This document shows, one piece after another, positions 49,251 through 60,999 of a stretch of DNA of 64,000 nt (positions are counted from its first letter, which is position 1; the number at the start of each line of letters is the position of its first letter). The stretch is from contig OZ365118.1 of the NCBI GenBank assembly GCA_977030845.1, positions 18,228,001-18,292,000 on the forward strand, in the 5' to 3' direction. The translations under genes were made by a program, and so were the position numbers. This DNA is from Fimbriosthenelais zetlandica. Its lineage: Eukaryota. The notes under the pieces are model-generated. The model was given only the letters and a program-made list of their open reading frames with translations. It was not told where the DNA came from and ran no database searches.

Positions 49251-50349
49251 ATAGGTTCTCATTATTATCGACCGACATCAGAGTTCACATGGAGAGAAAA
49301 GTCACATGCAATGTTATGTAGTTTAAGACCTGGACCATTAAGAAAAAAGCCTTTAAAATCGGAGTAAAGATGGCATTTTAAGAAATTTTAAGGAAAATGT
49401 GCCTATTATATTATGCAATGAGAAATGGATATTATTCAAGCTTATTTCATAATCCCAACCTTACCCTTTATAGCACATTTATAATGGGTGGTATCTAATG
49501 GTGCTGTATATTATTGAAAGAATAACAGTAAAGGCATGTTGATAGAATCATTAAATTTAGATGTGGAAAAATCATAAAGTTTGACATTATATTAAAACGT
49601 TGAGATGTCCTCGTGTAGGAGGAGGACTAGCCCTACACTGTGCTGCTAGGCTCTCTCTCTAAATCACCAAGTTAACACACTCTAATCAGGACCTACTAAC
49701 CTCTACCCATCACATTCTCTTAATTTGAGGAGGTCAACAAAATATACAGCATTTGTCTCTGTATCTACAAATTCTCTTCACTCTACTGTGAAATCCATTT
49801 GCTCTCATAAAACTCACACGCTCGCCTTACATTCAGTTTTGCATTTCATGTATCTGTGTGCGATGACGATCTATACACATTAAAACTAAGACATTTTCAG
49901 TAAGATTATAAAATCAGTAAAATTACTCATGGATTGTGTGGCATGTCTTGCATTCCCAGCTCTCATATCACAGAAAGGTTACCAATTTCGAACGACGCCA
50001 AATACATTTAAATGTCCAAACATTCCTCAATGATTTTGTGTGTTTTCACAACCTATACTTGAAGCATTTGTCATGAGATTGTGTGTGTTTTTTGTTTTGA
50101 GATTCCACAACTTTCTCCAATTTGGGTTTAAGAGCAATCACACCCATCCGAGCACACCAATTTGAGAATGTAAAGAGAGGGTATAGAGAGACTTGCTCTC
50201 TTCCCCTCGCGAGGCACTCACATTAGAGATAAAGCATTCGCACTTGATGACCTCAGGTAATGACGATGAGATAGCACATCCCTCTATCTCCGGAATAAAA
50301 ATGAACATTGCTAGCCTGAAATGATCTGAGAATGATGGCAATGTTGTTT

Positions 50350-50669
50350 TTAGTCCGATCCCACTGATATTGCAGCATCGTATGAAGGCGGCGAGGATCC
50401 GTCCACGGAGCTGCCCTCGTTGTCACGTGACCCCATCATACCCATGCCCACGCCGATAGGTTTAATACCGCCGATAGGTGGCCAGGGTCGACCGAAATCA
50501 TCGACCACCGAGTGGTCGAGCTCCGGATCCCTATTGCGCCGTCGCCTCCGGATCCATTTAATGAGACAGATGCAAAGTGAAGCGATGATTGTGATGATAA
50601 CGACAAGCACGATGAGGCCGCCGATAACGCCAATAATGAGTATGCCTGATGAGACAGATGCACCTGTAT
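50350..50669 (-). CDS. Terminal exon Y of a single-pass membrane protein: TM helix, RRRRR stop-transfer, DDFGRPWPP and PPSY tail
   Basis: Acceptor TTTCAG at 50670 (phase 1) gives xDTGASVSSGILIIGVIGGLIVLVVIITIIASLCICLIKWIRRRRR...GSSPPSYDAAISVGSD*. Paralogous to exon X with synonymous-only differences in the shared motifs. Confidence 0.8.
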
Positions 50670-51052
50670 CTGAAACGTAATCGGCGATGAAGAGATGAGT
50701 ATGTTTCTAACAGAGCTGCCCCCCTTGTCTACCGCCCGCTGATCTCACCACCCACAGTCAGCACCTGGTTTTATCACCTTGTCTTACAAGGTTAAAACAA
50801 GGTCCTAATCACAGGTCATCAGCGCACGTTAGAGTGAGTGGCCAATGTTTACTAGGGCTGATGATCTCTTACTTTACATTATTACCCATAAGCGGGATGG
50901 AGAGCAAAAGCTGGGGTGAAGGAGGAGGGGTTGTAGATATAGAAGGTGAAATATAATCATTCTATATTAAAATCACTCACTTTGGAGGTGAGAAATATAT
51001 TTAATTCCAACCCCTGGTCCTCATAAAATGACATCTTATGATAAATGACATC

Positions 51053-51375
51053 CTAGTCTGATCCTGCTGACATTGCTGCATCATAAGAGGGTGGAGATGA
51101 TCCTGATATTGAGCTGTCGTCTTTGTCGTGAAGACCCATTAAGCCAATGGACACACCTTGACCACCGAGAGAGGTGATACCGGCGACAGGCGGCCAAGGC
51201 CGGCCGAAATCATCAACTGGTATACCATCTACATACTCGCCTGGGGTGTGCTCTTGGTTCCAGTTGGTTTTCCACCGTATGATACACACGCATATTGAAA
51301 TGGTGATTACTACTAAGAGAACTACCAAGGCAATGATAAGGACATCAGTGGGAATGGAAAGATCCGGAAGGGTGT
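51053..51375 (-). CDS. Terminal exon X of a single-pass membrane protein, paralog of exon Y
   Basis: Acceptor CTTTCTGCAG at 51376 (phase 1) gives xDTLPDLSIPTDVLIIALVVLLVVITISICVCIIRWK...DDFGRPWPP...GSSPPSYDAAMSAGSD*. ATTAAA lies approx. 50 nt past the stop. Confidence 0.8.
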
Positions 51376-54300
51376 CTGCAGAAAGCAACACATACAGTCA
51401 ATGTTAAACAGGAAGTTATTCTAGATCAATCACACAGTCAGCACAGAGTCTATAGTTCATAACAATGAGCCAACGAGAGATAGTGAGAGACAAGGTTGTT
51501 AATATGTGCCGCTGCTGCCTTCATGTGATCAGGTGCCAGCTGCCTTAGTCAGTGATCTCAGCTTTATATAATATTTAAATTTTTTAATTAGATTCATTTT
51601 TTGAATTAAATTTAATACATTTAAGAAACAATTTAATTTAACATTGTAAATAGTCTGTCCAAGATTGACTTAGCAAGATTGTTTTATCAGTTAGAATGAT
51701 TTCATTAGAATGATTGGTAACCAGGAATTTGAACATTTGATTGAATTTAGCGACGAGAAATGCGGTATAAGCTTTTTGGCCAGGAGTACGACTAGTTTCT
51801 AATGTTGATCCAAAAACAGTTTACAACGTAAGTCAGGAGGGAGTAAGCTGTGTCAACACTGAAGCCACACACTGAGTAAACCAGCTGGTCACACTGTCCT
51901 CATCTAATCTCTAATCTCTACATCATCTCACTAATCTCACCGTGTTAATCTGAGTATAAGCTTCATCTCAACCTATTAGTAAGCATTGTGTCAAAGCTGG
52001 TTTAGTAGAGGTATGCAGTTATTGAGGCATGTGGCAAAAACAGGGTGCAGTAAAGCAAATGTGGCAAATCTGGTGCACATATTCACATAAAATGAGGCAC
52101 AGTTAGTAGCTATTTACATTGTATATTAAACGTATTCCCATAGAAAAGAAATGAATGGGAATGGAAACCGAAGAAAATGTAACTCAAAGATGGAACAAGT
52201 GTGTGTTTCAATAGGTTTGGGTTCAGTGAAATGGAAATACATTTTTACGGTAGATATATTGTTTGCTGTAAGTGCTTGAGTGAGTTAAAATAAGAGTGGG
52301 TTTGGATTCATGTTGGGCATTGCCTTTGCTTGTTGCACCCCCTATAGTCATACCAGCTCCATATTGTACGGGGTGCACCCAGTACAGTAATCAAGCATTC
52401 CTATGTTGTTTATTAACCTAAGTGGTTCTCCTATGCAGTCTAGATTGGGATCTCAAAAAATGCTGCTTTCTTTCATGAATTTGTACTGGGACTTGTGGCT
52501 AATCCATACTCATGGTTTTGAAGTGAACATTTGAGAACAAAACCCAGATGCATTGAGATTGCGTCCACTGTGGCGGTGATGAGGGTCATATATATGATAA
52601 TAATTCCACCTCTTGATTTAGAGATTATAATCATACAGACCATGTTAATCACAGCCGGGCTGTGATCATCATCAGCTGTGATTTCACCGATCAGTGAGCA
52701 CGCCAATGATAGGATAATAGGGTAGGAGAGCGTGCTGATGATATCATATCATAATCTCATCTAATGATATCCTATCAGTACATTAAGAAGCCAAACACTA
52801 GCTTGGATCTCCATCTACTGATCCAATTAGTCGCCTGTAGAGACATATAGCATCTTAATCCTCTTTGAATAATCAATACCTGGAGTGAGGCAGGCATGAA
52901 GTATAAACTCTGTCACGGTGCCCGCCTCTACTATAACCAGGCATTATATCTCGTTAAGTGACTTGCTGTAGTGTGAACCTATTAATAACCTGATTATAAC
53001 TGCCCCGTATGTTGCCAACAAATACCCCTGGTCTTTAAAAGTTCAAAAAGTTCATCACAAATACCCATATCCTCTGGTCCGCAGAGTCCAAAAAGTTCAT
53101 CCCAAATACTCATATTCCCATGTCCGCAAGAAGTTCATCCGAACCTAAATATCCCCCATTAGAAATAGTCATCAGATGCATGTATTTTGTCTTGAGCTAT
53201 CTTGATTTGAATCCTCGGGGTTGGGGGCTGTGATCGGTATTTAAAGTTTTAACTGAATGATAAATGCTGGATTACTCTGCCCTCTCTCAACAGCTGAGAC
53301 CTCCTAGAAAGCCGGCGCTATTTTATAGTAGGCTGGCTTAAATATGCCCGGACCCCAGGCCCGGAATATGCGTTTAAATTGTCAGCTGTGTACAGGAAGT
53401 GTAGATGTTATCAGGAATAGGAGTTGAAGATTCTTAAGAAGTATATAGAATGGGTAATTGGTACCAGGGTACAGTTTGAGTAGTATATGAAATGGGGAAT
53501 AGTTCGTGTAGTATATGGAATGTTTTATTATTTCCAGGTTAATCAGGATATTATACCCAACTGTCCTGTTCTATTGACCTGTTTATATACAATATATACA
53601 TTCCGAACATACCTCTACATAATATATCACTGACGATGCCTATACACACAATACTATTATTGTATTGTATTGTCTTATCGATTATTTCTATAAGGAGGAC
53701 TGTATGGATTGTTTTATGCCAGGCTTCAAGGCCCGCCCGTTTAGAAGTGTTGAACTGTTGCCAGCAAATCTCAGCTATGAGGTAACGTGTGATGTTGCTG
53801 GTAACATCTAGGGTTTATTTGGGGCGGGTTCTAGAGGTCTGTTACCTTGCTTGAGGCCATGGACGTGTAGGGTGTGCGTTGTAGCACCCGCATGTTAATC
53901 ACTTTAAATATAGACTTTGGCGGAGATGGCAGATGATATCTTAACAATCCCAACGACACTTGATTATCAAAATGTAGTAATATCCAATCATCTATTTGTT
54001 TTTCCAGAACAAAGAATATAATTATACCCTCAAGAAACATCCAACCCATTCTACAAAGAATATCAGATATAGACAGCTCGAGATCTTGGGAAGTGAGTTG
54101 AAAGGATTTATATCATTTTTGATCTATTTTTAGTTTTTGTTATCTCTGTTGATACTTATTGATTATGTGGTATTATAAGATGTTTGCATGGTTTTTGAAT
54201 CTTTAATGTTTCCAGCGTACAAGGCCAAACAAAACTTTCCTCTTGTTTTTGAACTTTTTCGCCTTTATCTCCAACAAAAACATGGCCACTCCGGTCATGT

Positions 54301-54998
54301 AAACATTGTGTTAGTGATTTCCTATCATGTCTTCCGTCACTTCTCCAACTCCCCTTTACATCCATGCACCCATCCATAGTCCTGACAAAAATAGTGAACC
54401 TTTTAAAAGGAAAGGCTGACATAAAGTTGTAACATGAAGACCTGTTCTGTTCGTAGTCACGAAATAAAGACAGTGACTACTGTGAGCTGCTCAACTCGTG
54501 CTCTCAATCACTCGTGCTCTCATTCACTCCAACTCGTGCTCTCAACTCGTGCTCTCGTCCACTCTAACCGCTGACATCCCATTCATGTCTATTGGAGACA
54601 CTATCAGACCAAACCTCAGTCAGATCTCTGCCAAACTCCTGGCCTTCACAGCAGATGATGGTGTTGTAAATACCTGCCCTTGCCCTGCCCCCCCCCCCCC
54701 CCTGTCCCCTCCCCCCTGCCCCCTGCTCCTCACATGAATCGCTACCCACCCCCGCCCCCGCCCCATCATAGTCTTTCACCACATTGATTTGCTCAGAGAT
54801 TCCCAATCGAGAGCAGCTCTCTGACATCTAAAGCCTGCACGTTGATAAATACCACTGACCGCCGGGGTCAAACGTGGGTGCTAACTGCCCTCTTGAGCCC
54901 TCAATCTTTGCTGCCGGGGCGTGAAAAATAAATAATTCTAGAGGCAATTTAGCGGCGTTGGTGTCAATACAGAGTGGTGTCTAGTTCCTAATCACGGC

Positions 54999-55088
54999 CT
55001 CCCACCTCCCCTCATCCCGCTCCCACCTCCCCTCATCCTGCTCCCACCTCCCCTCATCCCGCTCCCACCTCCCCTCATTCCGCTCCCA
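54999..55088 (+). repeat. 21-bp C-rich tandem repeat x4
   Basis: Unit CTCCCACCTCCCCTCATCCCG. Confidence 0.92.
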
Positions 55089-57653
55089 TGTACTCATTGC
55101 TTTCCACCAAGCTGCTTTTCAAAGTTGTGATTAGACAGTTTTATTTCCAATGAGGTTTCTTTTCACAACTTCCGCCGCCCTGTAGATTTGACCTCTGATT
55201 TCTTCTACCAGAATAGAATGGGGCTTTTTCTAACCATCTCAATGCCTATAGAGAATCGGGTGGTACCATTCAGGGATTATTTTCGCTCAAATAATACAAT
55301 TTTTTGGGCAGCTTTTACAGAAATATCATGGAGATCCAGTGAAATTTTCTCATTTAGAAAACACTTCTGTTTGAGGCCTGCCTGATAAAGTATGTCCTTA
55401 CAGTCCTACTCCATGCCCGCCATGTCTGAGTACGTTATGATTACCTTCAGTTTGTCCACTAATCCGGAGTAACTCATTCCTGGAACCCACCCCCCACCCC
55501 CGGTATTAGTCAATGAGATGGTGATTAATCTGCCGCGTGTTTAATTGACATGTACAAACATCACCGCCGCCGGTGATTGTAGTCATTAATATGTCTTTTT
55601 TTCCTGCCTGTTTTTTTTGTTCGCAGTGTCGGACACGACTCAGTCCACATATGGCAATGGGCATTTATGACGAACGACTCAAAAAACATTAATAACCCCA
55701 GGCTCAGCGACCGTTACATTGAGAAAACCAAGAATAAAACACTGCAGCAAAGTAAAGTGGCGTTAAAAACCGCCACCCAGCCCATTATTGTCGCTAGTCG
55801 CCTGCGCTGAGCCGGGCTTTTTGTTGTTTGAAGTAAATCAAGTTGACCAGACTCATAACCACGATTTACACAACTTCCGAAACACTTCACTCGTCCCAAT
55901 CATAAAGTAGGAAGTGAAATAATTAATAGTGTTAAAAATGAGATTAGGTATGCCAATGTAATAAGGTGTTCACTGGATCATGTGACTGTACTTCCTCCAT
56001 CCATACATCGCATGTCATTCCGCTTACTCCCAGTATAGAAGCTCTCAATGACTGGTAATTAGCTCAAAATGTTCATAACTTAATGAAAGCAAAGTTTCCA
56101 GATGGAACTTAGCTATACATGCAACATGTATAAATACTCTATAGTCAGGAGCCTGAGGTAATGTTCCACTGGCTGGTCAATGCTGGTCTAAAACAGTCCA
56201 CCTTTATAATGCGTCACATTATACCATCTAACAGGCTGATCTATTATTAAAATACACTTTATACTCTGTAATGGCTCTGTGGCCATCAATATATGAGATA
56301 TTGGAGCCATGTAGAAAGTTAGGAGCTGCTCCTATCATCAAAGGCTTTGACACAATCAGAGTCCTGTTGAACCATAACAAAATTCAACCCGTTTATGATT
56401 GCCATTCCATTCTATCAGGATTTACCCGGACTTTAAGTATGATAAATGAGTGTGAGGAAGTAGCCATGCATATTGATGGGGGAGTAAGTAGCGGTAAATC
56501 TGATATAATAGATAAGGTCCTTCAATGTGTGCTAACCCCGCCAGCCTGCCCACTTCCTTCTTCTAATCTGACATACTCGAGCCCAGCTCTCAGCCTTATT
56601 TGTGCGACACTTTGTGTAAATGCCTCTTCATGCTTCTCCTCAAATCTGCTACTGCTAACTGGCATATGAAAGGCCAGCCTCCCACTGCCTGCTTGTAAAC
56701 AACCATTGCTGCGTGCAGACCATTTATTGCCAACAGCATGTTTTCTTTTCGTCCTTAGAAAAGACCATACAACCATGTTCATGTGCGAAATTGTTTAGCC
56801 GTGGTTAAACATGTCTTTATTCCCAAAAATGTTGTGTAAGAGCTTTGAAACATTGGTGTAAAGTGTAGTAATAATATTTATAAATATCTCACCCCTCCAC
56901 TCGCCTCCAGTGACAATCTAATCTTGTTTGCGGACAAACACGTACTTCCTTTAGAGCTGTCACGTGATAAATGCCCGCCATGTTGGGGGCCAGCTAATTA
57001 GGAAATTGGCAAATGATTTGTGCTGTAATTAATTACACGGTTTGCATACATTTGCAAAACAAAAGAGCCGTGAAAATATGGTCAGTGTTATTCCAATTGA
57101 CTGGAGCAATAAGGAGACACTGGCTCACACATTAGTCAATGTATTCAGTCATGGTCAGCCATTACTTGCTGCAATTATCTGCTCCAGACCTTTTACAAGT
57201 AATTGGAGGTATATTTGATTAATCTGGATGGCTCTTTTTAGCTCTAACATTGTGCACCTCCCTCAAAGGCAAGACTCAATGTTCTGATACTTTCTTAGAG
57301 TCAGTAGAGCAGACCATTTTTTTCCGACAGTGTGTTTCCAACTTGCCCTGAAATGGCTAACAAATTGGTGACCTCATTGAACAATTATCTATTCACTCTA
57401 TTCACTAATATCAAGTGAACCGACTGCATTCAAATTTGAAAACTTAACATATATGAACAGTTTCAGTCTAGTCAAGTTTCAAAGTAAAAATTCAACTGAA
57501 AAGTTATCTCTCAAGAAGCAGGTAGAGGGAGGTTTTTCTCTATGAAGTTTGAGACGCTGGCACCATGGTCTGTGATGAGGTTAGTCACCTTACAGCCAGA
57601 CACCTTGTACCCTGTCTAGTCTACTTTACTCTCCTCCCACCATTAAGGCACTC

Positions 57654-57826
57654 CTCCACTGCTGCGACTCTGCTTGCGACACTACTGCGACAAAGCTGAT
57701 GTTTGTGTCGCAATAAAATTGATAAATTGTGGTCGAAATGTCCAATGCCCAAAGTCTGTCCTCCACTGGCACGTTTTCCATTGCGACACGAGCATTTATA
57801 CAATCAGTTTCATCGCAGCAGTGGAG
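57654..57826. mobile_element. 173-bp MITE with perfect 14-bp terminal inverted repeats
   Basis: CTCCACTGCTGCGA (57654-57667) and TCGCAGCAGTGGAG (57813-57826). Right flank is TA, left flank TC (1 mismatch to a TA TSD). Internal (T)GCGACA motifs on both strands. Confidence 0.65.
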
Positions 57827-58459
57827 TACCACCTTTACTCCCCCAGCTCAATAATCTCCATATACACCCTCTCTCCTCTAACCCTTCACTCCCTATCTAT
57901 ACCTTATATATAAACCGCACCTTCCACCTCTGCTCCTAAAAGCCAATAATTATTGAAGATAAAACTCTAATAAACCAGTTCCAGGAAGTAGCTCTTTTAT
58001 TAGGGGACTCAGCAAGTGACTTATCTAAGTCAAATTAATTTCCCTTTCCATTAGATTAGCTGAGGCTGTGTGCCGGGACGCTGACTTGAATGTTAGTCAG
58101 TTCACCAAGCAATTGGTCCCTGGAGATGGAAGCCGCTAAAGCTGGTCTTTCACGACAATTGGAATGTCACCGTGCTATTATTTCTGCATACATCTTAGGT
58201 CTTTTAAATCAAGATTCCAGATAACAATGGGTACTAACTAGGTTGTTGTGCTCAAGATTTCTGTGGTAATTCATTTTACCCCATGTTACTATGGAAATTG
58301 AAAAAGAAATCCATATTCATTTACCATGAAGGTCATAGAAATGTTGGGGATTGTAGTTTCATTACTGTATCATCAATATGATGAAAGGTTAAGATGATGA
58401 CATCGATCACTCACCTGGTCATCAGGTAAACCTTGTCCTTCCCATCAGTATGAACAATA

Positions 58460-58473
58460 GTTACCATAGCAAC
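58460..58473. promoter_or_regulatory. Perfect-consensus RFX X-box
   Basis: GTTACCATAGCAAC fits GTNRCC-N(0-3)-RGYAAC. Motif match only; function unproven. Confidence 0.4.
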
Positions 58474-58783
58474 CCTAACATTGACAGGTACACGTGACAT
58501 GAGTGATATAGGGGGGACCTTCACCGCTATGTGTCAATATAGGTCTACTCATTCCATACATAATGTCCACCACCTATAGCAAAAATAGGCTTTAGTGTGG
58601 TCGGGAGAGATTGGTGAATCTTCCTAGCGAGGTCTTATCTCGGTCTCACTCATTAGATCCCTCTTAAACTATTGGAAATAGTGGGAATATTTGTCGTTTA
58701 TCTGGACGTTTCAGCCGTGGCATTGAATCATTACTTTATTGATTCTATTACAATAAATGCTCGGCTCGTGATAGTGCCCGGTG

Positions 58784-58883
58784 CCTGATAATGCCCGCTC
58801 CTTATAATGCCCGATGCCTGATAATGCCCGCTCCTTATAATGCCCGATGCCTGATAATGCCCGCTCCTTATAATGCCTGATAA
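58784..58883 (+). repeat. 33-bp tandem repeat x3
   Basis: Unit TGCCCGATGCCTGATAATGCCCGCTCCTTATAA. Confidence 0.92.
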
Positions 58884-59978
58884 TCCATGGATCACATTGC
58901 CCTGTTAGTTGACAGTAGGGATCTGCTATATAGCGGGGTTTAACAGATGACCATGGCCTCTCTACAGTTAACTGTGAATGTTTTATCTCCTCTCAGCGCC
59001 CCCGGTAAGCCCCGTCCCATTCATTCAGCCATGACTGATGGCCATATTGGACTGTTCGCTTCTTTGCTCTCAAAAATTGCTTTCACTTGACATGGTGGTT
59101 GTAGACAAGTGGTGAATATTCCACTAAGAGGTCCTCTACTTTGTTACCGGTGGTGGTCACAAAACATGTTACACATGGTAACATCCATGTTATGGTCATG
59201 ACATGGTGCATCAACTACCAGTGGCGGTCCAGGATATAGTAAAGGGGTCAGGTTTTGTGTCCCAGAAGCAACAAAAGTTCAGAAGAGGATAGGTCCGGAC
59301 CTCATGGATCCACCATCCCCAAATCCCCTCTCAACCCCGAATAAAACTACCCAACATATAAAGGACACATCTCAATATTAACTGAATGACAAGTAAATGC
59401 CCACTTTAGAACATACAAAGCATTGAGTGGCCGGCGGGCGGAGTGGCTGGGTAAGTGTGATTGTAGATGAGAGGCTATTAGAGGCCAGGCCTGGCCTCCT
59501 TACTATGGTCAGTATGAATAAAGACACGCCGCCACACAGCGATAAAGCATGGACCTCCACCTCTCACAGGCTTATTAGGCAAGAAGCAATCCCTAGAGAG
59601 TAACTGGTCGTTTCCTCTCCTTAAAGGTCGGCCAAAGGTTAGAGAGGAAAAAGCTGATCTGGTCTTTAATTTAACTTATGACTGGGTCATGTCCTCCACC
59701 CATCAAACCTATACTCTCAGGCCGCTCATGGCCTTTGATATGGGACTCTCGTCATGTAAGGTAAATTGACATCATTTACACTGAATTATCTCAGAATCTG
59801 GCTGTAGGTTTCGGGTCTTGTAGACCAGTTCCATAGCCTACTGTTGCCTGTACACATTCCACTTTCTGGTATAAGTTTTTCTTAAAAGTCTACTGAGAGT
59901 TTATGAAACGATCCTGATCTGTCGTAAGTTCCAACACTACGCGCATGTGGTTCTGGAATGGATTCAGGCGAGTAGCTC

Positions 59979-60242
59979 GTGACAGGTGACTGCCTTGTGA
60001 CAGGTGACTGGTTTGTGACAGGCTTGTGACAGCTACAAGTACTTGTACAATCATGTCACCGTGCTGTCACTATATGCTGCCTTGTGACAGCTACAGTACT
60101 TGTACAATCATGTCACCGTGCTGTCACTCTATCATGCCTTGTGACAGCTGCAGTAGTTGTAATTATGTCACTGTGCTGTCACTCTATCATGCCTTGTGAC
60201 AGCTGCAGTAGTTGTAATTAAGTCACTGTGCTGTCACTCTAT
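59979..60242 (+). repeat. 55-58 bp minisatellite x4 with internal inverted repeat, preceded by short GTGACAG repeats
   Basis: Units start at 60023, 60081, 60138, 60193; each has GTGACAGC...GCTGTCAC arms. Confidence 0.92.
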
Positions 60243-60941
60243 CCCCTGTTTTCCCAGGGTTGCCCGTGGTAGACTCCAGCTCCCATGATGGACTCACATT
60301 TCACTGAGTACGGCGTGGAGAGCAGCTCACATATCAACATATAACTCACCTTGTGACTGAGGTAGACAGAAGGTCTACAGGTTTGGAGTCCACTTTACCT
60401 TTTCAGCACATGTATGAAATAGAATTAGACTGGAATTCAGTCATTGACTCGGCCAGTGATATTATCTGACATACTTGAGTTGCTAAAGAAATATGTCAGC
60501 ATTTCATTTTAAAGATGGAGAGAGATGGTGTTGATTAAGTTAGCATCATTTAAGGGAGATATAGGTGTAGATGGGGGATTGAGCTGTCCTCACCCAGACC
60601 TCCCAGGTCTGATTCCTTCAGCAATAGTCCAGCTTTAATCTCATTGCCTGTGTACCTACCTCTCTACGCCACTCTACACAAACCTAAATTGGATCAAGGA
60701 AACATGGCCCCAATATCCCAGCCTCATATGGCCACGTGTCTACTTGTCTTCTCCCTGTCTCTCCCTCATTCTCTACCTATCTGTCCCTGTCTCGTTTCTC
60801 TCTCTGCTCTCTTCTCCCCTCTATCTTCTGTCCTCCCCTTTCTTTCTCCCCCTCTCTTACCTTCTCTCCCTCTCCAATGCCATCTGTCTTTCTCCTTCTC
60901 ATATATTCTCTTTCTCCCATGCCATCTTCTCTCTCCTCTCT

Positions 60942-60944
<3 letters not shown>

Positions 60945-60994
<50 letters not shown>
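60945..60994 (+). repeat. (CT)25 microsatellite within an approx. 270-bp polypyrimidine tract
   Basis: Read directly; tract spans approx. 60745-61015. Confidence 0.97.

Positions 60995-60999
<5 letters not shown>

Noticed and set aside
52473-52706. Hydrophobic ORF as a possible third TM exon
   Set aside because: No continuous TM helix, no DDFGRPWPP or PPSY motif and no 12-mer.
22199-55088. Apparent excess of 21-bp-period minisatellites (22199, 39874, 44376, 54999)
   Set aside because: Other arrays have periods of 20, 22-24, 33 and 55-59 bp, and two of the 21-mers are related; too few to claim a periodicity.
56271-56669. 132-aa ORF with Walker-A-like GGVSSGKS
   Set aside because: A few such matches are expected by chance across six frames of 64 kb; no Walker B or other NTPase context. 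An HMMER hit would reopen it.
59979-60242. CRISPR-like array
   Set aside because: Eukaryotic context, no cas genes, and the inter-arm segments are near-identical rather than unique spacers.
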